This document shows positions 42,367-56,636 of a stretch of DNA of 64,000 bases, piece after piece. The translations under genes and the position numbers were made by a program. The notes under the pieces are model-generated. The model saw only the letters and a program-made list of their open reading frames with translations. It was not told the DNA's origin and did no database searches. The DNA is from Eledone cirrhosa (Eukaryota). Each line of letters opens with the position of its first letter. The stretch's first letter is position 1. The stretch is from positions 380,804,001 through 380,868,000 of the forward strand of contig OZ024740.1 in assembly GCA_964016885.1 (NCBI GenBank). The letters run 5' to 3'.

Positions 42367-42912
42367 GCAGTATTCTTCTCCCCATTTTTTCACATATATT
42401 TACCTAAACTGCGATTCTGTTTTTCTCTCTCTCTCTCTTACTGCTCCCTCGTTCTCTCTGTTTCTCTTACTTTCTTTCGCCCCCTCTGTCATGTCAGTTA
42501 CCACTTTCTCTCTACTGACCTCTTCCTCACACTTTCACTCACTCACTGTTTCTCCCCTTCTCACTTCACCCCGTTCGCGACGAAAACAATTTCCTTCTTT
42601 CTTACATTGGATTCATCTCGAAAGGTCTATTCTCTACGCGCTCATATATTCACCCAGCTTATGCTGATGGAATAACTATGTAGCTTGTGCCTCTTTCTAT
42701 CTACGGTTAGCTTTCCTCTTTGTTGTTACTTGTCTCACTCGCTTTACGCGTTTTAATTGTCCTAATAACTTAATTTAGTTATTATTGCACCAACGTGAGG
42801 TATATGATTTTTAATGCAATGAAATATCTATGACCGTTGGCAAATCACTGATGAGGGACTCATTTTATAACATGTTATCCATGTGCAACCTGCAGTATTC
42901 TTATCCCCAATT

Positions 42913-42952
<40 letters not shown>

Positions 42953-43079
42953 TGCAATTTCTGCTAAGAGTATTGCAATCGCTTGTCAGATTATAGAGTT
43001 CGGTGCATTCTCAGGCTATAGCCAGCCACACGAACCTGTAACATATCCTTACCAAGCAATGCCTGTGCTTTGAAGGTTT

Positions 43080-44143
43080 TTTAAGTGAGGAAAAGCCTTG
43101 TACTCGACCAATCCCACTCTCTAAGCATCGAAAACACTACCCGAAAAGGAAAACTGGTCAACATCATCGGATACTTCCGAAGCTGCAGGTTCTTTTTTTC
43201 AGAGTTTCCCTCTACTAGAAAGGTGTTGTGACAACAACTGGGGGCCTTTCACTCCCAGGTAAAATAAATAATGTACTATTTGGATGGCTGTTGACTCTGC
43301 TGAGTTCCTCAGCCCTTTGCCGGGTCTTGTATTTCATCCCGCAGTGTCCAAATATCACCCTCCTCACCAAGCAAGCTTGGTGGGTTGTCGGTTTAGTCAC
43401 CGACTACCCGACCATGAGACAGGTTGTATTGGGTTACATGTTACCAGAAGCACTCGAAAGCGCCCTGACATAACATACATACATACACACATACATGATC
43501 ATATGATGACTGACCCCTCGTTATCGAGTATGGCCATTATTAATAATTATTAATTAATTATATCGTGCAATGTCTGAGCGTGAAGATCTGTTTTAAAGTG
43601 AGGAAAGACTGTGCACTGAGCCAATCCCACTCTCTGAGTGACAGTAGCTATAACCCGAAAAGAAGAAAAGATCAACATCATCGGTAACTACTGAGCCGCA
43701 GGTTTTATATCGGAATTATCCCAGTTTCCTGAGTTGCCTTCTCCTAGAAGAATGCCCTGACAAAGGCTAGGGGTCCTTCACTCCCAGTGGTTTAACCGCG
43801 CGGTACACACTTTTGGATGGCCGTTGACTCTTATGAGTTTTTCCGCCCTTTGTCAGGTTTTGTTTTTTGTCCTGCAGGGTGTCCAAAATCATACTCCTCA
43901 CCAAGTAAACTTGGTGGGGTTGCCGGTTTAGTCGCCGACGACCCGACCATGCGACAGGTTGTACTGGGTTACATGTTACCAGTAGCACTCAAGAGTGTCC
44001 CGACATGTACATACATACATACATACATACATACATACATACATACCTACATACATACATACATGTATACATACATACACACATACATACATACATACAT
44101 ACATACATACATACATACATACATACATACATACATACATACA
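43080..44143 (-). mobile_element. Two diverged tandem copies of a ~420-bp non-coding unit next to (CATA)n, resembling an RTE-type 5' leader
   Basis: ~43080-43495 and ~43590-44010 align (AAGTGAGGAAA, CCAATCCCACTCTCT, GGGTTACATGTTACCAG); RTE-leader identity is from recollection only. Confidence 0.55.
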
Positions 44144-46934
44144 TGTGTTTTTGACGGACGAGAGATTGACTAATTCACTACCAAAATAGTGTTTAGATAT
44201 TCATCTATTGAATTATAAGCCGTATTTTTCTGAAGTTTCACCTGAGCACCCACAGGTTCAGAGACTCATCAGTATTACATGCACACAGAAGAAAAAGGAA
44301 AAGATCTAAAAAGCTGATTCTTTTAGCAATTATATAGCCATGATTCTCCTGTGTAATAGCTATAGTTCTTATTGTTTGACATAGGCTTTAATTATTTTGT
44401 TTACTCTCCCTAGTATATTGAAGGCCGAAAACTTTTGTAAAATTCATACTAGAACAGCTTCATAGTTTTGTACCTGATAATGAACGACAATGAGAGAAAT
44501 TAAACAAAAGGCTCCTATTATAAAAAAAAACAAAAAACAGTTGCAAGTTACATGGCGTTTTGAGGGGGAGGCGTGTTTACTTATATGCGTAACAACATCG
44601 TTAAGAGGCATATGTGTATGAATGAGAGAGCACTTCATTTAGTTATAATGTGTCTCAGGCGATTCTAAGCAGAACCAAAGTCGCTATAGTCTAGTTGGTG
44701 ATAACGATATTGACAGTAACAGCAAATGTATTTACATACTCGAAATAGATTACTTGAAATGTTATGTGCATTACATAATGAAATATAATATATTTTATAT
44801 AAATTATAAGAGAAAAAGGCGTGTCTAACGAAAACGGGTGAAGGAAGAAAGAAAAATACGTTACTACAAATATAGAAAAAAATAGAAAGGAGAAAGATGG
44901 AAGTTACCACCAGAAAAAGAAAGGGCAAATAACGGGCGGTGGAATGAAGCGCAGCTGCAGAGGGAGTAAAAGAGATATGCAACAGAGAAAAAGAAAGAGA
45001 GAGAAATGAAGAACAGCCATTGCTATAAATAGATAAATAGTCAACAATGGAATGATCAAGTTAATCCAAACCTCCAGAAAATAAATATTTAGGTTTATGT
45101 GAATATTCGGTGCTAAATTTTAAAGAAAATTATATAATAAAATATTATTTTGCTGTTGTTTTATTAATAGTTTATCAAGCACAGAATGAAATGTGAACCT
45201 ATTATACATGGCCAACTGAAAGCAAATAGGAAAATACATATCCAAATAGATGTTTATTTTGTGACAAAAACCAAAGCTTTTTCTCGCTGTTATCAGAAAA
45301 TAAGTTTCAATGATCATTATTCTATAAAATATCGACTGGCGACACAGTATCATGTGAGCAAATGGAAAAAGCAGACGGCATGTTACATATAATAAACAAC
45401 ACAACACTGCAAACTGATATTTTCTTGATGTGTTCATGTTTATGTTAAGTCGTAGTTGCACTGCTATGATTATGAAATATCTTATTCGATACTCATTAAC
45501 AAAATATATGTAAGATATTTTAAACGGAAAGTATATCGATTATGATTAATCATTCGAACGTTGTTCTAGGCGTTCTAAACCATTCTGCATTCTTTTCTAT
45601 CTTATTATTGTGATAATACCATATATTCAACCATATTGAACATTTAGAATGAAAGTTTATGCGATTTTGTTCTTGTTTCTAGCAAGTCGAGTTACCGCCC
45701 AGAGGCTCACTCACTGGCTCAAATGTTGATTAATTGTTGGCAGAGATGACTAGTAAGGTCGTGGATCTCGTATATGCATCATATCAGTCGCTTTTGTCTT
45801 CTTTTGTAATTTGTCTGGGGATTTGTACCATAGCGCATGCCTCGGTAAAGATTTTGTGTAAGACTAGCATTTGTCCATGCATGAAAGACTTCCTTCCCCA
45901 TGTCACTGATTTTGTCCAAGGAAAAAGCATGGCTAATATATCTTCACGCTAATGACGTCCAATGCATAACCATTTAATCGGAAAGAAGTGGAACAGTTAC
46001 AGCAAGGCACCCCATCCGACGTGCTGATAATTCTGTCAATCCTCCACCCTAGATTGGTACTTCAGTCGCACACGATATACTTTTTGTAATGAATACACTA
46101 GAAGACGTTGTTAACATTAGGAAAGACTAAGAAAATTTCGTTGTACTAAATTTCAACATCCGGAACAGTAAAAATATGATTCAGTTTCCAAACTGAAAAA
46201 GAAAAAGAAAAACACATTTCGTCTGTGTACAACAAAGACAAATATACTTACATAAAGAAAGCGAATATCCATACAGTTACAAATTCTTATTAGACGAACT
46301 TTTAAATTCTTTTCCTCCAATGAAGCACTGGATATAGAAACCCACAGAAAATATCAAATACTAATTACAAGGAGCACACATCACAAAACACAGATAAATA
46401 AGAAAACATTTGTGGAAAATACATCCTATTGTATAGAAAAGTTACTTATATCACAACTCAATGCTAAAATAAACACACAAATAATATACACAAACCATAA
46501 AGAAAGCAAGCAAGTGACTGATGACAATTCTAACGGTCAAATATTTTGGCGATATCATCCATATATAACACATTCACCGACTATAAAAAGGCAATAGACG
46601 AGACAATAACACTTCAGACTAAGAAAGTCTGAGAACAATGATTCTGGATATAGAAACTTTATTACTCGAAACGAAGTGCAAGATGCTCATAAGAAAATAT
46701 GAAAAGGAAAATAATAAATAACGGTGAAACTAGAAAGTAGTTGTGTTTTTATTACAACATATATAAAGTCTAGCCATTCCTCAGCTAATAATATATTCAC
46801 AACATAATGGAGCCCACTGTAATCGAGGAACGCGAGGCCGCCTGTGAGACTTAGAACCGGCTCGGACTCCACCCAGCAGGCGTCCCTCGTCCTCCTCTCC
46901 TTGTAAACGTCAAATCCCCCCCCCCCCCCGATCA

Positions 46935-47690
46935 TATGAGATGTCATCCAGTGCGACATGGCCTCGGACAGGCTAGCGCGCCAGCTCAAGCAGCACCACG
47001 TCGCATGTTTCGCTCGGCCTCGCAACCCCACAGCGGTGCCTGACTCAATAATGCCTTACCCTTCTTTTCGACAGGCTCGCAGCTGGATAACAATATCCAG
47101 CGAATCGGGGTTTCCCTAAGGCTAGACCTTCCGATCTGCGAGACACACAAATGTCGCTGCGGTTCCACTGTAAACTCAATTGTCATCCACTCGCTGTCGC
47201 TGCAGTGCCGGCCGCCTTGCACGTCATGCTACTCTCAACGAGATCATAAAGCATGGCTGGTATGCTGCAGGCTTCCCCTCCCAACTCATGCCGGTTGAGC
47301 TGGACTGAGGGACGGCAAAAACCAGATGGTATGACAATCTTCCGCGGTTGTAAACCGCTCATCTGTGATGTCACATGAAGCGACACTGTCTTCAGAAGCA
47401 TCCTGATGCTCTCTGCGACTAACATAGGCTCTGCTGCACGTCGGACCGAGGACCGTAAACGCTCTAAATATCGGTCACTCTCTGACAGATTTGCAGTCAA
47501 GCCCATAGCAGTTGAGACTTCTGGTGTCCTTGGTCCTAGGACCATCTCCCTACTTACCATCATCAGCACGGAGTTGGCTACACGCAGGTGTGAGCCTCGT
47601 AATTTGGAATGACTCTTCCAACGCGTCTCCCACTCTATCCTCCGGGAAAACGCCTTCTCTATTCTGTCCGCCGGGGCCAGGGGCTGACCA
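46935..47690 (+). mobile_element. CRE-like non-LTR retrotransposon 3' fragment (Cys/His finger plus restriction-like endonuclease), decayed
   Basis: With frameshifts: SQPHSGA*LN...RIGVSLRL..ICETHKCRCG...ARHATLNEII...PDGMTIF...CDVT...RKRSKYRSL...PIAVETSGVLG...LFQRVSHSILRENA. Confidence 0.8.
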
Positions 47691-48158
47691 GCGTGTGGGC
47701 CCCCATTTGCTTATAATAGTGAGAGATGAGGAAAACGGGAGAGGCAGAGGCAGAAGCAGTGACAATGGGAATTTGATTCCATTATGTTCAGGTCTAACAT
47801 ATATGTATATATTTATTTACCACAACACATATATACAATTACATATATTCATTTATATGTTATACATATATGTGTGTGTGTGTTAGTGTAAGTGTGTAGG
47901 TGTATATGCATACATGTATGTACAGCTCTCTTCTTTAAAATATTCCACCATGTCATATTTTTAGCCTACGTTATGAAATAACGCATACACACTGACCTAA
48001 AAGCAGTCAAAGTTAAATAAAGAGTCTCTTTTGGAATAAGTATAAGAAGTTTTAACAATTTCAGAGGATTTTATTACTTCTATTTGCTGGAGTTGTTTGT
48101 TGTTGTTTGCAACAGTTCTAGTTTATAAAATTGGGTACAACTGGCCCTCTCACTCAGT

Positions 48159-48192
<34 letters not shown>

Positions 48193-51100
48193 AAGTAATG
48201 GAAGCATCTAAGTGGTTGTCGTTCGACCTGCTATAAATACCAGGCAAGTCAAATCACTCCCTGCTGTTTAAAAAAGGAAGTAAAATATTGGATTATGTAG
48301 TCCTTGGTGCATTCTATCTGAAACAAACTGTATGGGATGGTCACGAGTTGAACGCCTTTGATAATTGGCTAACTCGTCTGACGCCTTTAATCAAAGGCAT
48401 TTTCTAGAACCAACTATTATACTTCCCAAAATATTGAGTGCATTATGTAAGAAAAGTGAAATAGCTTAACCAAATGAACTTGCTAAGAAGTCTTTGTTTA
48501 CTGGTAGCCGAGCTCGCTACCAAGAGCAGGGTGAACTCAATGGGACTGCACCCCTCACCACCTACTTTTCATTAGTACACCATCAGTTATAGAAAATTGA
48601 CGATAGTATACTTATTCTGAAACACCGCCTTAGAATTATTACAAATTAGAGTGCATACCCAGAATCGTCTGAAGTCCCTCCTAGCAACAAAGCCTAGCCC
48701 CGGGTCTGCTGGTAGCTTAACAGCATTGCTTGCATTAACCACACTGAATACTGCAGTAAAATATAACCGAGAAGTGGTGACAGATTCTCAGTCAATAATG
48801 TTAGTATTACACAAAAATTATTACATTCAGTGATTCAATTTGCTTTAAATGATTTGGCAATGCATTTAATAAAAAATACATATGATTTACAAAATAAGGT
48901 TATACGAAAATTGAAACGGAAGAACTTTGCATTAAATACTTAACAGCATTTAGATTCATATCACTCCGTTCTTAGTTGAAATCGTAAGTAGGTGGACTTT
49001 GCGTTCACACACCCAGATTCCACGAAAGAAGTACTAAAGTCAACTCCAAAAAATGTGCAATGTTATGTTCGTATTTATATCGAAACAGAGAAGTCTTCTT
49101 GGCGAAACAGTATTCACAACTAGCTATCACGTTCATGCAGTTACATGTCATTTAATTTACACTCCCATAATTCTCATGTGCGAATAACCAAAAGCGCAGA
49201 ATTTAAAAAATGGTTTCTGTAGAAAAGGAAAATACAAAGTATGTCAATAAATTACTCAGCGGAAATATGACTAACACATCAGTTTAGGTAAAGTGGTTTT
49301 GCTGCTTTGAAAGAAAACTTTTAAAAACAATATTACACAATAAACAATAAAAATAAAAACAAGTTTTGGTTTCGCTTTGGCTTTATTTTCTTGGAATTTT
49401 GTTTCATTTTTTTTTTTTTTTTAGATAAAAATAAAAAGTTAAACAACGACAAGATACTGGAGAACAGAAGAAACACTTTAGTGCATGAGTTTGCTCACAA
49501 TATGTTTTATCATAAGTGATTTTAGAGGTTGCCCCATATTCAGTGGTTATTTGATGACAACGATAAATGTCTTCATAGTACTGATGACTGTAATACTGAT
49601 ATTACAGAGTATAAAGCTGAAAATGAAAATCATAATTATCCTCCTCATCATCATCGTTTTCTTTTGGCTAGGCCGATAGAATGTAAAGTTCTAGAATTTT
49701 CGCAAATGGTTTTAGCAATGGATGTGAGATAAATTGACTTTAAATTGAAATTAGAAACGGATTTAAAATGCTAGGACCATGCGATTTGGCAAACTGTACT
49801 TACTACACCATAATTACAATTTTATTGGTGAAACTATTGCTGCTGGTCTTTGTTTTACTTGCTATTTTTTATTCAGAAAAGAAGGCAATACAATTTCCTC
49901 CTCATGGTCATTATTATTCACATATTTAGTTTCTTACAATCCGTATCGGTTCTGAGCCAACAGTTTGCCTCCTGTTAAGCACTTGCACATTCTCAGTGAG
50001 TCCGATAAATCGCCATTAATCTGATCGAGGAGATCTTTCCAAAAGTATTGTCGCTACACATGCTCCCGGTTATGGAGACTTTATATTACTCTCCATATTG
50101 TTCTGAACGTCCACCAAGACAACAAACATTGCCGTCGACATACGTACCATTGATGAAATGACTACGATAAGAGTAAAGCCAAACGTGAACTTCGGACTAA
50201 CGTATGTTGTTCTAGGCTGTATCCAATTAAGACAGAGTGCGTTTAAGAGCAGCCGCGTTGTCCTACCGTGATTGACATATGAAAGACGCCATACCAGTTC
50301 ACTTTTTGGCACATAAACGTAGTGAACCAGATACGCACACTCCTCTGAACAGCAGCACTGAATGGTAAAGTGGCAAACCAGAGAAACAACTTCAGCGATG
50401 GAAAAACGGCTCGAGTGATCCAATCGTCGGAATTTACCTTTCTGCCGAAAGTATGGATCTATTTTGTTGGCATTCCTTACTTCGATGAATGAGACTGCAC
50501 ATGATGGATACATGACGCATGTGTGATCCTCTTTTTAACCACTTGACCTTCTAGTCGTAGCAGTCAATTCTCACTCAAATGACACTTTACTGTCTTCAAA
50601 ACGTAAGGATTACAAGCTTAAAGAAAAAGGCAAAGACTGAACACATTTGATGAAATGTCTACACTATCGAGTTTCCTCTATGGTCGCTGACGCTTCTCAA
50701 TGTCATTGTTCTAACCAAGCTAATCGTTATTAAATGTCATGTCTTCTATTGTTCATTGAATTTCAAGCTTGATATAGCAACTAAAATCACTCCTAATTTC
50801 TATATATTTCTGTTAACTCCAATATATAGTTGCTGATTAATTGATAAACAAATAATCTACATCAATCCCTGTAAGATTAGAATTTAGAATCGCGAAAGAC
50901 TACATTGCCTCACTGCCAATTCAACAATGTCCTCGTGTCCTAAAGCACCATGAGTCATATACATTTACAATAGTAATTACAAAATAATGATATATATATA
51001 TTATAATTATCATAAGAATAATTGAGGTTAAACAGTTATCGCGACGATATGGATAATTATTCAATGATAATCAACATCTTTTAGGATAACTCATTCCGAA

Positions 51101-53189
51101 AAAAAATGTTTTTGTTTCTATATGATGCACATTTAAATAGTCCAAACATGTTGGCGAGAAGTAATTAAATTAGGATTCATTCTCCCATAGCAGAGTTAGA
51201 TCACATTGATAATGCTGACCTATATTTTAAAACAATAAGTACAAAGGAAATGAATTAATGTTTGTAAGAAACAAAAGCCTCAAAAGTTGTCTACGTGATA
51301 TTTTTGCCCTGAATATTGATTTCTAATGTAATGAAATTAGTGCAAATTTATAAGGGATAAGGATGACATTTTTAAGCTTTCACGCCCTTCTCAAAGGCAT
51401 GAAGAACGTGATTAAAAATGGAAATAGGAGCTGAAACAAATTTGTTGGATTCTACAACGTCTGATTTCTTCTTAAACAGTCACAATATCACCGAATTTTA
51501 GAAGTAAATGAGATTGTGTTATTGTGTAAGCTTTTTTTATTACCAGATGCACTAACGTTGAATGGGTAATGATTACGATTTAGAATCGTTATTGAATCAC
51601 TAAGAACCTAATTACTGTGCGCGCCTCAATTCAGCGTACGCTTTCATCTTTATATATCGAGTGCCGTAAAGACTAGCATCAACTGAGTAGGATAGTATTT
51701 CTATTCAACACTGTGGTCATTTTCACTTTACTGGCGATGCTAATGTACGTGAGAAAATCTTTAGAATCCTACAGTGTCTCAAGGTAATTCATGTTTTTAA
51801 AGCACCAAGTAATAATTTTCAAATGGATTTTAATTGTGGCAGCAGTATCATCTTTGGGGTTTGGTCTACAAACTTCTATGAATGAGATATACGCTTTATA
51901 TTTCGAGCGCTATTATAATAACGAAGATTTCTAGGTTTATTTGTGCCACATTTATCTCAATAACATATTAATCCCATATCTGAACCTTCTTTTTATTGCA
52001 CTTTATGCCACATCAACTAATTACTTGGCTTTCTCTTTTCTCCAAAAATAAGAAAATGTTAATTACATTAGAGAGGTGTCAACAAAGCTAAGAAACTTAC
52101 ACGAAGAAGCTAATATTATATTCCTGTTCATTATTTCCTTGTTCAATTCTATTACGAAACCTCAGGTGCTAAATCTATCTCATTTACTATAAGTAAGACC
52201 TTTGGATTGATTGTATGATGCACAAGGTATCCTTGTGTGTCGCAAACCCTGCAGGCATCTCTGGTTTCCAATTTGTAGCAAAATATTCCACTCATTATGC
52301 CCCAAACAAAATGGATTCATGAGCAAAACGTTTATTTCTAGCTTACTCACTGAATTCATTCCACAAACCCCTCTTAAGCTCTCACACATACTAACTATAT
52401 TTTAGTTCCTGTCGCTTATATTCCATATGTATCTGTTCATTTCTATTTGATACTTCCTCTCAGACTGTACCGTTAAATATCTTATTAAATAGAGCATATT
52501 CCCAAAATAGTCAATATCGCCTACCCTCTTCCTTACATTAACTGTGCCAACCTAGTCTCTTACAGTATAAAGACAATTACTACATGTACTACATCCTCTT
52601 TACACAATTAAGGCCATGAAAGTGTCTACAAAAGTTAAGTCTCACTGACTGTAATGACTTTTCGTGGGTATTATTTACCATATGTAATATTATTAAACTG
52701 TATAAAAATGCTAGCATCTCTTTTTTATGTCAGGAATAATTTGCAATGATTAATTGCTGATCCTTTGCAAAGTTGAAGCAACCCAACACTTTGTGTATTG
52801 TTTACATATTTAGAACAGTATCGCTGTACACACACATTGTATGCCACACTCAAAAGAAACAACTGGAAATTATCCGTAACACTCGATCTAATACACGTCC
52901 AGAAGAGGCCAATCAGACTGTCGGCGCTTACAATCGATTCCAGGGCCTTATAACCTATATCTTCATTTAGCTCTTTATAGAATGTTGATGTTGGCTTCCC
53001 AGGATTTAAATGATCTATTTGACAGAGTGCAGTAAATGGCTAGCATCATTTCCAATGCCAAATGCCCAACCTCGGTTTATGCTTAGAATCTCTGCGACTC
53101 ATGAGATCCTCAAATCCATTTTAATGGGCATTGGCAGCAGGTGGACCTTCTGAGCAGTGAGACTCGCCCCATCCACATGAAGTCTTGCA

Positions 53190-53430
53190 ACAGAAGTCAC
53201 CGTTTCACATAGTCATAACATTCCAGGTGCCAAGTTCCAGGCCTATCGACTTGTCGCAGTTAATGAATGACCACGTTACCTCCTAGTATTACTGAAGAAT
53301 GGGGCCAACCACATTAATTTTTATATTTCCGACACCATAACATTGACATTGTCCGAGTAAGCAAACGCGGTTCGTCGAAGTCCTCGTTAAAGCAGAGTGT
53401 ACCTCAACGTCTCCAGTCTCCGAAGAAAAA
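53190..53430 (-). mobile_element. Tx1/L1-like RT remnant
   Basis: Minus translation LRRLETLR...AFAYSDNVNVMVSE (degenerate AYADD) ... INCDKSIGLELGTW. Confidence 0.6.
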
Positions 53431-53934
53431 AGGCTCAATAATGATTTCTTACATCGACGCAAAGTCTCAAGTTTAGATGAAAGGGATAGTTGATTATATC
53501 GGCCCCAGTATTTGACCTTTACTCAGTTTTATTGACTACAGAAATAGAAAAGTCAAAGTTGACCGCAACAAGATTTGAACTCGGTATATAAAGAGTCTGA
53601 AAGTCGGTATATAATACATGAAATTTTCCCCGACGCCCCTAACAATATTTCCCAATCTAAATAATAATATTATATTATACACAAGAGAACGCAACTTGAG
53701 CGTTCCGAAGATTATTCAATAACATTCATTAAAATACAATGAATCAAATTGATAAAAAGGAAAGACGAAAATATTGGAGAATAACATTGTAATAAGTACC
53801 TGTAAAATATATTGAGCGTTAACTCATATAATTCATCATATAATCATGTTCATAATGGTTGGTGATCTGACACCAAGTATGAACAAACCTTATCATTTTA
53901 ACACATTTTTACGTTAAAAACAAAGTCACAATTA

Positions 53935-54150
53935 GAGTGGTGGATTATCTGAATTGCTAGACTATCGGATGAAATACCATTGCGATATTTCATCTGGATT
54001 TTTACATTCTGAATTCAAATCTCGTCGTAGTCAATTTCAACTTTTAACCTTCTGCGGTCGATAAAAATAAAGAACCAACCAATACCAATAACTGGGGCTG
54101 ATTTAATCAAAATTACTCATCCTCCAATTGTGTCCAAATTAGAATTCAAT
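53935..54150 (+). mobile_element. tRNA-derived SINE family A (decayed)
   Basis: GAATTCAAATCTCG...GGTCGATAAAAATAAAG. Confidence 0.6.
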
Positions 54151-54489
54151 AACATAGTCAGAATGGAAAGGTGAAGAGAAGTGAGGTAGTAATTTTTCGT
54201 GGACAAATTTACTCAACTATTTCTAGAGAGCGTTCACCTTTTGGCGTGAAAGTAAAAAAAATATAATAGATAACATCACTCAGGTTACAAGAGATGACAT
54301 ATGTATTACAAAGAATATAGTTTTCAAAGATGTTCTCAATACTACCTATACTGACTTTACACCATTTCAAGAATCAAATGCTACAGAAAATCTACAATTC
54401 TGTAACAAATTCTGTATTTTATGACTTTCTATAAACTTCCAACGAACTTGTAGTTTGCAAAATAACCATGGAATTTCCACGATTATTGG

Positions 54490-54680
54490 TAGTCGACTCC
54501 TCGGGCATACTTGGACCGAGCTTCTCCGCAAGATCGGAGCGTCGGCGGCCCGTCTGAGGAGGGAGCCCCGCGAGGTTGGGTGGTTGTTACAGCAGGTGTT
54601 ACTGGCATCGTCCGCGGGTATGCTTTTGCCGTCTAATCCGCGGGGCGCAGCACTTATGCCCTCTTGCCTTAAGCCCAAAG
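54490..54680 (+). mobile_element. Second CRE-like 3' terminal fragment
   Basis: ELLRKIGASAARLRREPREVGWLLQQV..IVRGYAFAV*SAG aligns with the C-terminus at 47540-47680. Confidence 0.7.
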
Positions 54681-55245
54681 ACCAATAATTCTCCCCTCTC
54701 TTCTGCGATACCAGAACTCTGGCCATTCCCTCTCCTTCCCATCCCTTTTCTACTTTTCTCTCTCTTTTTTATCTATATTTCCCTATTCTTTCCTTTTGTT
54801 TACCTTTTTGTATTATTGCCATCATTATAATTGTCACTATTATCATTATTGTTGTTACTGTAAATAATAACATGTTTATACAGTTTTTATTATAAATAAA
54901 TTGGTAAATATAACAAAATAATTATAAATAGTAACTCACTTCAGGTATAAAATATTTCAAAACTACCTGGCCTTAAAAAAAAACATCATAAAAACAATGT
55001 TGAAATTAAATAAATACAATTATAATGTAATTAATGCAGTGATCCATAAAAACAACTACCTGGCAAGCGAGGTATGAAACAAAGAAGAGGTAAGATAGTT
55101 CCTAAGATATCGGAGATAAACTGAAGCATGACTAAGGAAAATAATATCAGTATCTTATTACTTTTGAACCAAATGGCTGCAATACTAAACTGGAAATCAA
55201 ATGTCCTTATGACATATGAAACTATAATATCGCCATAACATAGGT

Positions 55246-55298
<53 letters not shown>

Positions 55299-55314
55299 TA
55301 TAGATATATATACA

Positions 55315-55412
<98 letters not shown>

Positions 55413-55467
55413 TATATACATATATGTATATATATATATATATATATACATATATGTATATACATAT

Positions 55468-55510
<43 letters not shown>

Positions 55511-55585
55511 ATATCAACTTACTACAGAGCCAGTTTCGATGTACTGCGTGCATGACAGTGTGCGCGCATAAGCATATATATATAT

Positions 55586-55731
55586 GCTGAACTGTTCAGA
55601 CCTAGCTGTCGAAACGGCCGTAGCTCAACCGTCGGGGTCCTGACTCTTTTCCTATCACCCATTCTACTACCCTAAGTATCGAGTATTCTGGTGCGTAATG
55701 GACCACCTGGTTCCTTACCACACTTCCTTTG

Positions 55732-55733
<2 letters not shown>
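55586..55733 (+). mobile_element. Short pLTR-like fragment retaining the 3' half of a hammerhead
   Basis: GUC GAAA CGGCCG UA GCUC (palindromic stem III), no upstream CUGANGA; relative of 38709-38862. Confidence 0.6.
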
Positions 55734-55802
<69 letters not shown>

Positions 55803-56021
55803 AGAAAAACCACAGACCCTCCGTCTCAATTCTACTTTTGAAAAGCAGAACTGCGAAACCAGTAGAGGAACAAAATAAATATATATTTTTTTTTAAATAA
55901 GACTCCAGTTGCATTTTCGATTTCATCTTTTTTGCTTACACTCTCCCTCGTGTACGACACCTCGGTTATTTTTTATTTGTTAAAGATAACCTCACTTCCT
56001 AATATATATATATATATATAT

Positions 56022-56065
<44 letters not shown>

Positions 56066-56068
<3 letters not shown>

Positions 56069-56582
56069 TGTATATATAGTGTATTTTGCAATACACTGTA
56101 TGCTTAATTAAAAGCATTTCGAAGACCTTATGCTATTGTTTTAGAGTAGTGACAGCTTTATCTCCCCCTGTTTGCTGAAAATTAAAGTAAGTGAGTCTGG
56201 CACTACTCTAAAACAATAGCATAAGGTCTTTGAAATGCTTATAATTAAGCATACAGTGTATTGCAAAATACATATATATATAACTATTTCAGAGCACCAA
56301 TTCTAATTTTCAATTTCTGCTTGACCGGCAATCGCTCTGTATAATCAGTTCCTGATTATTTACTACAATTCTATAAGAACCAAACATCCATGATTTCAGC
56401 AAACAGGAAGAGTAGTTGGCTTTGATAAATGCGAACCAAGGCCTTGTCAGCTTTATCTCCCCCTGTTTGCTGAAAATTAAAGTAAGTGAGTCTGTCACTA
56501 CTCTAAAACAATAGCATAAGGTCTTCGAAATGCTTTTAATTAAGCATACAGTGTATTGCAAAATACACTATATATACATTCA
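56066..56582. mobile_element. Inverted plus partial-tandem pLTR-like element in (TA)n
   Basis: ~56066-56155 is inverted relative to ~56197-56272 and ~56492-56582; ~56153-56272 is directly repeated at ~56448-56567. Confidence 0.8.
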
Positions 56583-56636
56583 TATACATATAGACATACA
56601 TATATGTATCTATCTATATATGTATACATGTATGTA

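Noticed and set aside
48860-49670. Possible minus-strand terminal exon (PKENDDDEEDNYDFHFQLYTL*) with 3'-UTR-like sequence
   Set aside because: Suggestive composition only; cannot be supported without transcripts
55060-55189. Possible minus-strand hydrophobic exon with AG/GT borders
   Set aside because: Expected by chance in AT-rich DNA; no recognisable protein
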